Assembly (NCBI GenBank): GCA_964374055.1
Contig: CAYJWZ010000002.1
Coordinates: 1-36,380, forward strand
Direction of reading: 5' to 3'
DNA length: 36,380 nt
DNA from: an uncultured Candidatus Saccharibacteria bacterium
Lineage (GTDB): Bacteria > Patescibacteriota > Andersenbacteria > UBA10190
Shown here in pieces: positions 29,198 through 36,380 of the stretch (position 1 is the first letter of the stretch; every line of letters starts with the position of its first letter). The notes below the pieces were generated by a model. That model searched no databases. It was not told where the DNA came from and worked only from the letters and a program-made list of their open reading frames with translations. Position numbers and translations under genes: made by a program.

Positions 29198-31135
29198 ATG
29201 AAAAATTATCAGCGGCAGCTACTGGTAGTGGGGTTATACGCCTTGGTAGCCCTTGTAATGACATGGCCGGTTATTGGGCATTTTACGACTTATGTGGCCG
29301 GGCAGGGTGGGGATCCGTATCAGACCTTATGGCGGTTTGATGAAAAGCTACGTTCGTTTAATTGGCAAACGGAATTCTTGGGAGGAGGCGAGCCGCGCCT
29401 GGTTAACCTCACCGTTTGGCCATGGATGTGGGCGCATGTGTTGTTTGGTGAACCGACTGGGTATAACGTAGCTTGGTTACTGAGCTTTATTTTGGCTGGC
29501 GTTGGCATGTATTTACTGGCCGGAGACCTATTTAAGAAATACGGCGCAGCCGCGTTCTTAGCCGGACTGATGTACATGTTGTTGCCTTTCCATGTGGCGC
29601 ATTCGTTCGGGCACTTCGGTGCCATGCAGGTGCAGTGGATTCCGCTGATTATTTGGGCTTTCTTACGCTGGCAGAGAAGTGGCGATGTCCGCTGGGGCGC
29701 GGTAACGGGGTTACTGGTCATCATTCAGGCATGGAGTGAGCATCACTACCTGTTATGGCTGCTCATTTTTGGAGTGATTGCGTTGCTTTATTTCCGCACA
29801 TGGCCGAAGCAGTGGCTCGGGGTAGCGATTGTAACCAGCTTACTGGTTTTGTTGCCCTATTGGCCAACGGTGCGTTTGGCGCTTGCCCCGGAGAATAGTT
29901 TGGAGTTGGGACAGGAACAGACAATCCGGTTTTCGGCCGATACGTTGTCGTATATTACGCCGGCACCATTTCATTCTCTGTGGAGCGGCTGGATACACCG
30001 CCTGCTCGGTTGGCGTTTTCGGGAGAGTACAACGGAGGCAACGCAATTTGTGGGGTGGCTACCGCTCCTGTTGATATTGTTTTTTCATCAGTCGATCCCA
30101 GTCAGGCAAAAAAAGTTTTGGATAGTGGTGGGAGTGATATTTTTTGTGCTTAGTTTGGGGCCAGTTTTAAAAGTGGGTGGATGGGTGACTGGGTTGCCGT
30201 TGCCCTACGCGCTTGTCGGCTGGTTACCGGGGTTTGCGGCCGTTCGGGCGGTAGGGCGTTCCAGCATTTTTGTCATGATAGCGATGGGTATTTTGTTTGG
30301 CTGGGTAGTGCATACTCAAGTTGGGCGACCGCGGACAATTGGACTGGTGGCTGGCTTGTTGGCACTTGAGTTCTTATTTGTACCACTGCCCATGCAGTCG
30401 GCCCGTTTGTCACCGGCGTATGATTTTGTACAGACGTTGCCGGGGAAAGCAGTGGTGGAGCTGCCCGCGGCGACTAATTATACGGCGGCTTCGCGGGCGC
30501 TGCTGGCCAGCCACGTGCACGGTAAAGAAGTAGTGGCGAGTATTGCCCTGGAGCGGGGGGCGGATCCGGAGGCACCAGCTGAAGTGAAGGCGTTGCCGGG
30601 GGTGAAGCAGTTATTGTATTTACGCACAACCGATTTACAGCAGGATCGTAAAGAATTTTTTGGGCAGGATATAGCCGAGACGTTACCCGACGCGCTGCGC
30701 TGGCTGGGGGTAGGGGCAGTGATAGTTAACACTGATTCACTATCGGCGCTACAGCGAGAAACACTGCAGAATTTTTTGGAGAAAAAGCTAGATTGGAAGG
30801 CAGAATCGTTTGGGGATGTGCTGGTATACCCGGTACCAGCTGGTGCCCCGACAGCTGGCGGGGGTGATGGCATAATTATTCGGCGCGGTGAGGGCTGGGA
30901 GACCGTTACATACGATCAGGAGAAAAACCTGACTTTGGCGGCGTATCGCGGGCGTGCTGACGTGGTACTTATCAATACGGGCACGCAACCGCAATGGGTG
31001 GTGTTGTCATATACTCTGCTGGGGCGACAGTCGGTTACGGTTGAAGCGGCGCCGGGAGAGACGGTCTATACGTTTACTTCATCCGAAGAGCGGACGGTTA
31101 TTGCTAATCCGACCTATGCGATTACTGATAATTAA
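29198..31135 (+). CDS. GT-C-like polytopic membrane protein (YfhO/DUF-type), C-terminal soluble domain
   Basis: 645 aa. First loop GQGGDPYQTLWRFDE, about 11-12 hydrophobic helices, and a roughly 230-aa C-terminal soluble region. The family call is tentative. Confidence 0.55.
   Translation: MKNYQRQLLVVGLYALVALVMTWPVIGHFTTYVAGQGGDPYQTLWRFDEKLRSFNWQTEFLGGGEPRLVNLTVWPWMWAHVLFGEPTGYNVAWLLSFILAGVGMYLLAGDLFKKYGAAAFLAGLMYMLLPFHVAHSFGHFGAMQVQWIPLIIWAFLRWQRSGDVRWGAVTGLLVIIQAWSEHHYLLWLLIFGVIALLYFRTWPKQWLGVAIVTSLLVLLPYWPTVRLALAPENSLELGQEQTIRFSADTLSYITPAPFHSLWSGWIHRLLGWRFRESTTEATQFVGWLPLLLILFFHQSIPVRQKKFWIVVGVIFFVLSLGPVLKVGGWVTGLPLPYALVGWLPGFAAVRAVGRSSIFVMIAMGILFGWVVHTQVGRPRTIGLVAGLLALEFLFVPLPMQSARLSPAYDFVQTLPGKAVVELPAATNYTAASRALLASHVHGKEVVASIALERGADPEAPAEVKALPGVKQLLYLRTTDLQQDRKEFFGQDIAETLPDALRWLGVGAVIVNTDSLSALQRETLQNFLEKKLDWKAESFGDVLVYPVPAGAPTAGGGDGIIIRRGEGWETVTYDQEKNLTLAAYRGRADVVLINTGTQPQWVVLSYTLLGRQSVTVEAAPGETVYTFTSSEERTVIANPTYAITDN
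30846..30863. repeat. P5-like copy (CCCCGACAGCTGGCGGGG) in frame in a CDS
   Basis: It shares CCCCGNCAGCTGGCGGG with 13261..13277. It encodes part of PAGAPTAGGGDG, in a different frame from the asnB copy. Confidence 0.55.
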
Positions 31136-32261
31136 TTTTGAATACCCGCCGTTAGGTGGCGGCGGGGGTGTGGCGACCAAGCAGGTTGCCGAAGAGTTGG
31201 CCAAACGACATACCGTTTATGTGTTAACAACACACTTTACGGGTTTAGCGCGTCGGGAGGTGTGTAATGGTGTTACGATCCATCGTCTGCCAGTGCTAGG
31301 GCGTAAAAGTTTGCCAGTTGCCTCATTGATTTCGCTGCTCACTTTTGTGCCAGCAGCGCTGTGGCGAGGGTGGTGGTTGTGCCGCCAGGAGCGTTTTGAT
31401 GTTATCAACGCGCAGTTTGCGGTCCCGTCAGGGCTGGTGGCCTGGCCGCTGGCCCGCTGGTTGGGGGTGCCATTTATTTTGAGTTTTATTGGTGGTGATG
31501 TGTATGACCCCAGCAAAGGAACTTCGCCCCACCGGAGTATTTTATTACGTTGGTTGATCCGCCGGCTGGCGGAGTCGGCTGGCGGGCGAACGGCGATTTC
31601 GTCTGATGTAGCCCGCCGGGCGCGCGAGTTGCATGGGGTGAAGCAACCAATTACGGTGGTGCCATTGGGGCTTATTCCGACGAAAGTGACGGTGAAGACG
31701 CGGACTGAGTTAGGTTTGCCGGAACATGTGCCGCTCTTTATTTCAGTGGGACGACTTATCCCGCGTAAGGGTTTTGAGGATTTGTTGCGCGCTTGGCCGG
31801 ATATACCAACAGCTCATCTGGTTATAGTGGGCGATGGTCCACTGCGCAGTCGATTAGAAAAGGTTATTCAGGAGTTGGATATTGGTGGCCGGGTGCATCT
31901 TTTGGGTTTTGTGGATGAGACTAAGAAACAGAAGCTATTACGAGCGGTTGATGTCTATATCTCTGGGGCCGAACATGAGGGATTTGGAATTGTTTTTCTG
32001 GAAGCAATGGAAGCTGGTTTACCAATTATAGCTACTGATACGGGCGGGCAGACGGATTTTCTAGTTACCGGAGAAAATGCAGTTCTCGTGCCAGCGCGGC
32101 AGCCCGAGCAACTGCTGGGAGCGATCAAGCTCATATTAAAAGATTCCCGACTTCGTGAAGCGCTGGCGCGTAACAATCGGGAGAAGGTGCAGCAGTATTA
32201 CCTGGAAAAAACGGCCGCGCAGTTTGAAACCGTTTTGCAACAGTATGCGCATCGCACTTGA
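31116..32261 (+). CDS. GT4 family glycosyltransferase
   Basis: ORF 30954..32261. ATG 31116 gives MRLLIINFEYPPLGGGGGVA, parallel to MYILLINNEFPPIGGGGS of the 5077 gene. EHEGFGIVFLEAMEAGLPIIATDTGGQTDFL. 20-nt overlap with the upstream gene. Confidence 0.85.
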   Translation: MRLLIINFEYPPLGGGGGVATKQVAEELAKRHTVYVLTTHFTGLARREVCNGVTIHRLPVLGRKSLPVASLISLLTFVPAALWRGWWLCRQERFDVINAQFAVPSGLVAWPLARWLGVPFILSFIGGDVYDPSKGTSPHRSILLRWLIRRLAESAGGRTAISSDVARRARELHGVKQPITVVPLGLIPTKVTVKTRTELGLPEHVPLFISVGRLIPRKGFEDLLRAWPDIPTAHLVIVGDGPLRSRLEKVIQELDIGGRVHLLGFVDETKKQKLLRAVDVYISGAEHEGFGIVFLEAMEAGLPIIATDTGGQTDFLVTGENAVLVPARQPEQLLGAIKLILKDSRLREALARNNREKVQQYYLEKTAAQFETVLQQYAHRT

Positions 32262-33324
32262 AACACGAGCGCTGGCGGCGCAGGGTGGGGGCGTGCGGCG
32301 GTATGTGGAGCACATACTGCACGAGCTTACACGGCACCCTGAGCACACAGTTATGCAACTTAGTTTGTCGAACGAGCTGTTCGTCGCGCCGTGGCTCAAG
32401 TGGTATGTGCCGCGGGTAGTAAAAAAACTGCAACCGGACGTCGTACATTTTACAAAAGCGGACGTCCCGCGGCGAAAAGTAGTGCCGACGGTGGTGACGA
32501 TCTACGATGTTATTCCTTTGTTGTTTCCTGAAGGTCAAAAGACGTTACAGCGCTGGTATTGGCCAGGCGCTTTGGCTCGGGCGGCACGCTTTAGCGATGC
32601 GATTATAACAATTTCAGGGGCCAGTAAACGTGATATTGTTGAGAAGTTACAAGTAGCGCCGGAGAAAATTACGGTGACGCCGTTGGGGGTTGACGCTGCC
32701 CGTTTTCGCCCTCAAGGTGTCAGGAACTCTGGCGATAAAGTTCCTGACACCCTCACTCCTTACATTCTTTTTGTCGGGACGTTGGAACCGAGAAAGAATG
32801 TCCCGCTGTTGATCCGGGCGTTTGCGCGGATAGCGCGAGATATTTCTCATCGCTTGGTCATTGTAGGTAAACGTGATAACGATTTTGGTGCAGTGCGAAC
32901 GGCTTTACGGGAAAGCGGCTTGGGCAATCGGATTGAGCTTAAAGACTTTGTGTCGAGTGAGGAGTTATCACACTTATATGCCGGCGCTGATTTATTTGTC
33001 TGGCCATCGGTGTACGAAGGCTGGGGGTTGCCCCCGTTGGAAGCGTTGGCCAGTGGGGTGCCGACTATTGTGAGTGATGGAGGTTCTTTGCCGGAAGTAG
33101 TTGGTGAAGCCGGTGTCATCGTGTCATTTACTGAACCAGGCATACAGAAGCGGATGAGTGATGCGGTGTTCGAAGTAAAACTGGCGGAGGCAATGCGGGC
33201 GGTCTTAACTGACTCGGCGCGGCAAGAAAAGTTACGAGCAGCTGGGCCACAGCAAGCGGCGAAATTTACTTGGGCCGGAGTGGTGGAAAAGACACTGGAA
33301 GTATATAAGAAAGTAGCGATATGA
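32245..33324 (+). CDS. GT4 family glycosyltransferase
   Basis: ORF 32155..33324. ATG 32245 gives MRIALETRALAAQGGGVRRY. ILFVGTLEPRKN, PSVYEGWGLPPLEALASGVPTIVSDGGSLPEVVG. Confidence 0.85.
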   Translation: MRIALETRALAAQGGGVRRYVEHILHELTRHPEHTVMQLSLSNELFVAPWLKWYVPRVVKKLQPDVVHFTKADVPRRKVVPTVVTIYDVIPLLFPEGQKTLQRWYWPGALARAARFSDAIITISGASKRDIVEKLQVAPEKITVTPLGVDAARFRPQGVRNSGDKVPDTLTPYILFVGTLEPRKNVPLLIRAFARIARDISHRLVIVGKRDNDFGAVRTALRESGLGNRIELKDFVSSEELSHLYAGADLFVWPSVYEGWGLPPLEALASGVPTIVSDGGSLPEVVGEAGVIVSFTEPGIQKRMSDAVFEVKLAEAMRAVLTDSARQEKLRAAGPQQAAKFTWAGVVEKTLEVYKKVAI

Positions 33325-34439
33325 AAATTGCTTATTTGACAAATGCTGGGGCAAGCAGTGGAGTGGGGCACTATGCGGCAGAGCTTAAGCAGCGTTTACT
33401 AGCATTTCCTGACCTTGCGTTCTCTGACTTTATACTTCCAAGTACTAGTGGAAAGTGGCCATGGCAGAAAAAGACGTTTGGTTGGATCCGGCAAGGTCGT
33501 AAGCTAAAACGTGCGTTACGGCGGGGTGATTTTGATGTCGTGCATGCGACGAATCAAACACTGAGCTTTATAGTGTCGCGTCGGGTTCCAGCGGTGGTAA
33601 CAGTGCATGATTTGATTGAATTATTAGAGCCGCAGCAGGGGTTAAGCGGCTGGGCGGCGCGGTATTTGTATAGCGGAATCAAGCGAGCTAACCATCTGAT
33701 TGCCGTGTCTGAGTATACCAAGCGTAGTATTATCGAAGTTTACGGGATTTCGCCGGACAAGGTTTCTGTTATTCATAACGGGGTGAGCCAAATTTTTCAT
33801 CCGATTGATGGTTTTCGGAATACGATTGGGTATAAAACATTGCAGCAAGAAATAAAATTACTGGCTGGCGCGGAAGTCGTTTTATATGTTGGCTCGGATC
33901 ATCCGCGGAAGAATCTGGCGACGGCTTTGCGGGCATTTTCCGAGTTACACCATAGTCACCCGGAGGTGATCTTCCTGAAAGTAGGGGAGGCGGGGATTGC
34001 GGCTGGTCGCGCCGAAACATTATGTGTAATCGACGAGTTAGGTTTACGTGAGCGAGTACGTTTTATCGGAGCAGTTTCTTTGGAGCGCTTGAATGAATTA
34101 TATAACCTGGCCAGCGCACTGATTTTTCCGTCACGTTTTGAGGGTTTTGGGTTGCCGCCCTTACAGGCTATGGCCGCCGGTACGCCGGTTATTGCGGCCA
34201 GCACGACGTCGATCCCGGAAGTGGTCGGGGAAGCAGGGCTATTGCATAGCCCGGATGATGTGCATGGTTTTGCCACGAGCTTACAGCGGGTATTGGATGA
34301 TAAAAGCCTGGCACAGAGTTTGCGGCAACACGGGTTTGAACGAGCTAAACTTTTTTCGTGGGAAAAAGCGGCCGAACAGACATTGGCAGTGTATCGATCT
34401 ATTTGTCCCCTCGCCCCTAACGGGGAGAGGGCGGGGTGA
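33321..34439 (+). CDS. GT4 family glycosyltransferase; last ~11 codons read into a repeat hairpin
   Basis: ATGA overlap with the upstream stop. VLYVGSDHPRKN, PSRFEGFGLPPLQAMAAGTPVIAASTTSIPEVVG. The tail is ICPLAPNGERAG. Confidence 0.85.
   Translation: MKIAYLTNAGASSGVGHYAAELKQRLLAFPDLAFSDFILPSTSGKWPWQKKTFGWIRQGRKLKRALRRGDFDVVHATNQTLSFIVSRRVPAVVTVHDLIELLEPQQGLSGWAARYLYSGIKRANHLIAVSEYTKRSIIEVYGISPDKVSVIHNGVSQIFHPIDGFRNTIGYKTLQQEIKLLAGAEVVLYVGSDHPRKNLATALRAFSELHHSHPEVIFLKVGEAGIAAGRAETLCVIDELGLRERVRFIGAVSLERLNELYNLASALIFPSRFEGFGLPPLQAMAAGTPVIAASTTSIPEVVGEAGLLHSPDDVHGFATSLQRVLDDKSLAQSLRQHGFERAKLFSWEKAAEQTLAVYRSICPLAPNGERAG
34408..34431. repeat. REP-like hairpin (10-bp stem with 1 mismatch, loop TAAC) spanning the 3' end of the GT4 gene
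   Basis: ccctcgcccc-taac-ggggagaggg read directly. Confidence 0.6.
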
Positions 34440-34467
34440 GGGGTGTTATGGCTGACAATAACCCTCA
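34437..34467. repeat. REP-like imperfect hairpin
   Basis: tgaggg(gtg)ttat-ggctgaca-ataaccctca: 6+4 bp with a 3-nt bulge. Confidence 0.4.
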
Positions 34468-34469
34468 TC

Positions 34470-34489
34470 CCTGCCTGCCGGCAGGCAGG
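34470..34489. repeat. P1 palindrome, perfect 20-nt copy, intergenic
   Basis: cctgcctgccggcaggcagg equals its own reverse complement. Confidence 0.95.
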
Positions 34490-34493
34490 CTAG

Positions 34494-34517
34494 CCTTCTC
34501 CCTATCCAGGGAGAAGG
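34494..34517. repeat. REP-like perfect hairpin (9-bp stem, 6-nt loop)
   Basis: ccttctccc-tatcca-gggagaagg read directly. Confidence 0.8.
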
Positions 34518-34529
34518 GATAATGTAGCG

Positions 34530-35711
34530 ATGAAGTTGCTTTTCTTATCTGCCTTCTATCCCCCACTGACACGCGGGGGAGCGGAGATATCAACATCGCT
34601 TTTAGTAGAAGCTTTACAGCAACGCGAGCACGAAGTTACGGTGATTATGAGTGATGAGCAGTTGCCGTTTACAGCTAAGCCGTTATTAGAGAAACGTTTT
34701 AGCCGGGGTTTGGCACGAGTGTTGGCTAAACGGATGGGTAATCCGGCACAGTACGATATTATCAATGCGCATGATTTTCGGACAGCGTTAGTGCTAGCCG
34801 AACTTGGCTGGGAAAATTCAGTTGTGACGCATCGGGACTACGCGGCGATTTGTGGCACCACGAATGAGTTTTTGGCGAATGGCGAGCCGGGGGATTGTTG
34901 CATGTGGCCGAACTTGTTGACTAATAATCCGCGAATTCAGGAGGCTTCGCTATTCCGGAAACCGGCTCGGATGTGGCAATACAAATGGAATCTCCCCTAT
35001 CGCCGGGCGGCTTTCGCATCTTTTCCGGCGCATATATTTATTTCCAAAGCGCAGCAGGATTTAATCACGACGCGAATGGATCTTAGCGGCAAACAAACGG
35101 CAGTTATTTATAACCCAGTGCCGCCGGAATATTTATCAGCCGCGCCCGTCAGCGGTCAGCCGGGAAGTGTGTTGTATGTCGGGCGAGTCGAATTTTATAA
35201 GGGCGTTGGTTTATTACTCGAAGCGTGGCGCGAAGTAGTGAAGCGGCAATCAGGAGCACACCTCAAGATAATTGGCGGAGGCGCACAGCTCAATGATTAT
35301 CAGCACCTAGTTGAGCGCTGGGGGTTAGGTTATAGTGTTAAATTTGAGGGGCAAGTACCGTGGAATCGTTTACAGCGCATGTATGATGAAGCGTCTATCG
35401 TTGTGGCGCCGCACTTGTGGGTGGAACCGTTTGGGCGGACTGTGGCCGAGGCAATGGCGAGAGGCAAGGTGGTTGTGGCAGCCAACACTGGTGGGCCGGC
35501 AGAAATGATTCAGCATGAGAAAACGGGTTTTTTGTTTGAGCGTGGCTCACGTGAGGCGCTTATTCAGCAACTGACCACTGCTCTAGCTCTCCCCGACCCC
35601 AAACGCACTCTCGTCGGTACTGCTGCCCGCGACTGGACCCGCCAACATCTTGCGCCCAATATTATTGCCGAACAATACGAAAAATTTTATCGAGAACTTG
35701 CTCGGGTTTGA
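34530..35711 (+). CDS. GT4 family glycosyltransferase
   Basis: MKLLFLSAFYPPLTRGGAEIS, VLYVGRVEFYKG, EPFGRTVAEAMARGKVVVAANTGGPAEMIQHEKTGFLF. Confidence 0.85.
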   Translation: MKLLFLSAFYPPLTRGGAEISTSLLVEALQQREHEVTVIMSDEQLPFTAKPLLEKRFSRGLARVLAKRMGNPAQYDIINAHDFRTALVLAELGWENSVVTHRDYAAICGTTNEFLANGEPGDCCMWPNLLTNNPRIQEASLFRKPARMWQYKWNLPYRRAAFASFPAHIFISKAQQDLITTRMDLSGKQTAVIYNPVPPEYLSAAPVSGQPGSVLYVGRVEFYKGVGLLLEAWREVVKRQSGAHLKIIGGGAQLNDYQHLVERWGLGYSVKFEGQVPWNRLQRMYDEASIVVAPHLWVEPFGRTVAEAMARGKVVVAANTGGPAEMIQHEKTGFLFERGSREALIQQLTTALALPDPKRTLVGTAARDWTRQHLAPNIIAEQYEKFYRELARV

Positions 35712-35719
35712 GGGTAGTA

Positions 35720-35750
35720 CCATGATTCCACCCGAAGGGTGGAATCATGG
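35720..35750. repeat. P3 hairpin: perfect 14-bp stem with 3-nt loop, abutting or overlapping the RAYT-like gene start
   Basis: ccatgattccaccc-gaa-gggtggaatcatgg read directly. ATG 35747 lies in the right arm. Confidence 0.9.
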
Positions 35751-36283
35751 TTTATAGTGTAGATATGCGGCGTAAGGAGGCACTCGAGGTAGGCGAAGTT
35801 TATCATGTGATGAATAAAAGTATTGCCGGATATACGATTTTTAATACTGACGAAGATTACGCGAGGATACTACAAGCGTTAGAGTACTTTTCGATTGCTG
35901 AGCCGCTGCCAAAGTTTTCATATTTTCTTCAGCGGAGCAGAGAAGTTGGCAAAACGTTTCCAGTTTATCTTGATCAGTGTTTTCCTAAACCAAGGCGACT
36001 CATTCGGATTGTTGCATACTGCTTTATGCCGACGCATCTCCATCTTCTACTAGTTCCGCTAGCCAAAAATGGCGTGGCTCATGTGATGAGTAACGTATTA
36101 AATAGCTATGCTCGGTACTTCAATATAAAGCATAAACGGCAGGGTCGGCTGTGGGCTGGCCCCTATAAAGATGTCTATGTGGGGTCAGACGAGCAATTGT
36201 GGCACTTAACGCGCTATATTCATCTTAATCCGGTGACAGCCCATCTGGTTGAACGAGCTGAAGAGTGGTCCTTCTCTTCCTAG
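35747..36283 (+). CDS. IS200/IS605-type HUH-Y1 transposase-like protein (REP-associated tyrosine transposase, RAYT-like); possibly truncated by an in-frame TAG
   Basis: YHVMNKSIAGYTIF, the HUH motif in CFMPTHLHLLLVP, and the catalytic-Tyr region LTRYIHLNPVTAHLV, then EEWSFSS-stop. An alternative start is ATG 35765 (MRRKEAL). Confidence 0.75.
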   Translation: MVYSVDMRRKEALEVGEVYHVMNKSIAGYTIFNTDEDYARILQALEYFSIAEPLPKFSYFLQRSREVGKTFPVYLDQCFPKPRRLIRIVAYCFMPTHLHLLLVPLAKNGVAHVMSNVLNSYARYFNIKHKRQGRLWAGPYKDVYVGSDEQLWHLTRYIHLNPVTAHLVERAEEWSFSS

Positions 36284-36380
36284 CGTGAATATATAACGTC
36301 CTCACAGGTAAAACGACCACACTGTGACTATCGCGGGTTGTTTGAGATTAATCCCCGTGTATATAGTTAATTTGTGTAGG

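Noticed and set aside
1-36380. The recurrent palindromes might have been a CRISPR array.
   Set aside because: The copies are kilobases apart and not regularly spaced, they belong to several different families, and most are inside ORFs. No cas genes are present.
1-36380. Alternative genetic code (for example UGA recoding, as in some uncultivated lineages).
   Set aside because: TGA, TAG and TAA each terminate genes at positions where family homology ends. No conserved gene needs read-through, apart from the single TAG in the RAYT-like ORF, which is better explained as a nonsense mutation.

Overview
36.4-kb, gene-dense window (about 28 protein genes, roughly 50% GC by eye). The genetic code is standard: TAA, TAG and TGA each terminate recognisable genes. 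It is a cell-envelope glycan/glycosylation island, probably from an uncultivated bacterium (taxonomy cannot be fixed from sequence alone). Gene order: glmS (minus strand, partial, missing from the ORF track), an hldD-like epimerase, rfbA, a GtrB/ArnC-like polyprenyl-phosphate GT2, five GT4 glycosyltransferases, three SDR epimerase/dehydratases, an AsnB-like amidotransferase, two SAM methyltransferases (one of the NDP-sugar C-methyltransferase type), a Gfo/Idh/MocA oxidoreductase, and eight large polytopic GT-C-like membrane proteins (five PMT/ArnT-like with a first-loop D-E motif, three YfhO-like). No Wzx/Wzy, ABC exporter, GtrA-type flippase or initiating phosphoglycosyltransferase is visible. 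The most unusual signal is not a gene. At least six families of short GC-rich palindromes or repeats (REP/MITE-like) are scattered through the window, and about 15 copies lie inside coding sequences in frame. Hosts include the conserved enzymes GlmS and AsnB, where the copies look like extra peptide insertions such as LPAGQAG and LRQAQGKP. An IS200-like HUH-Y1 (RAYT-like) transposase gene at the right edge is preceded by a perfect 14-bp-stem hairpin, and a sibling of that hairpin sits in frame inside a GT-C gene. Other notable items are listed below.
- A 69-nt tRNA-like cloverleaf without an anticodon loop, followed by an intrinsic terminator.
- Two single-gene ORFan cassettes with foreign codon usage, strong Shine-Dalgarno sites and their own terminators.
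- A roughly 110-aa extracytoplasmic module shuffled between the N-terminus, C-terminus and interior of four GT-C proteins.
- -10-like hexamers placed exactly 6 nt upstream of several start codons, which suggests leaderless mRNAs.
All family assignments come from motif recognition by eye; no database search was run.
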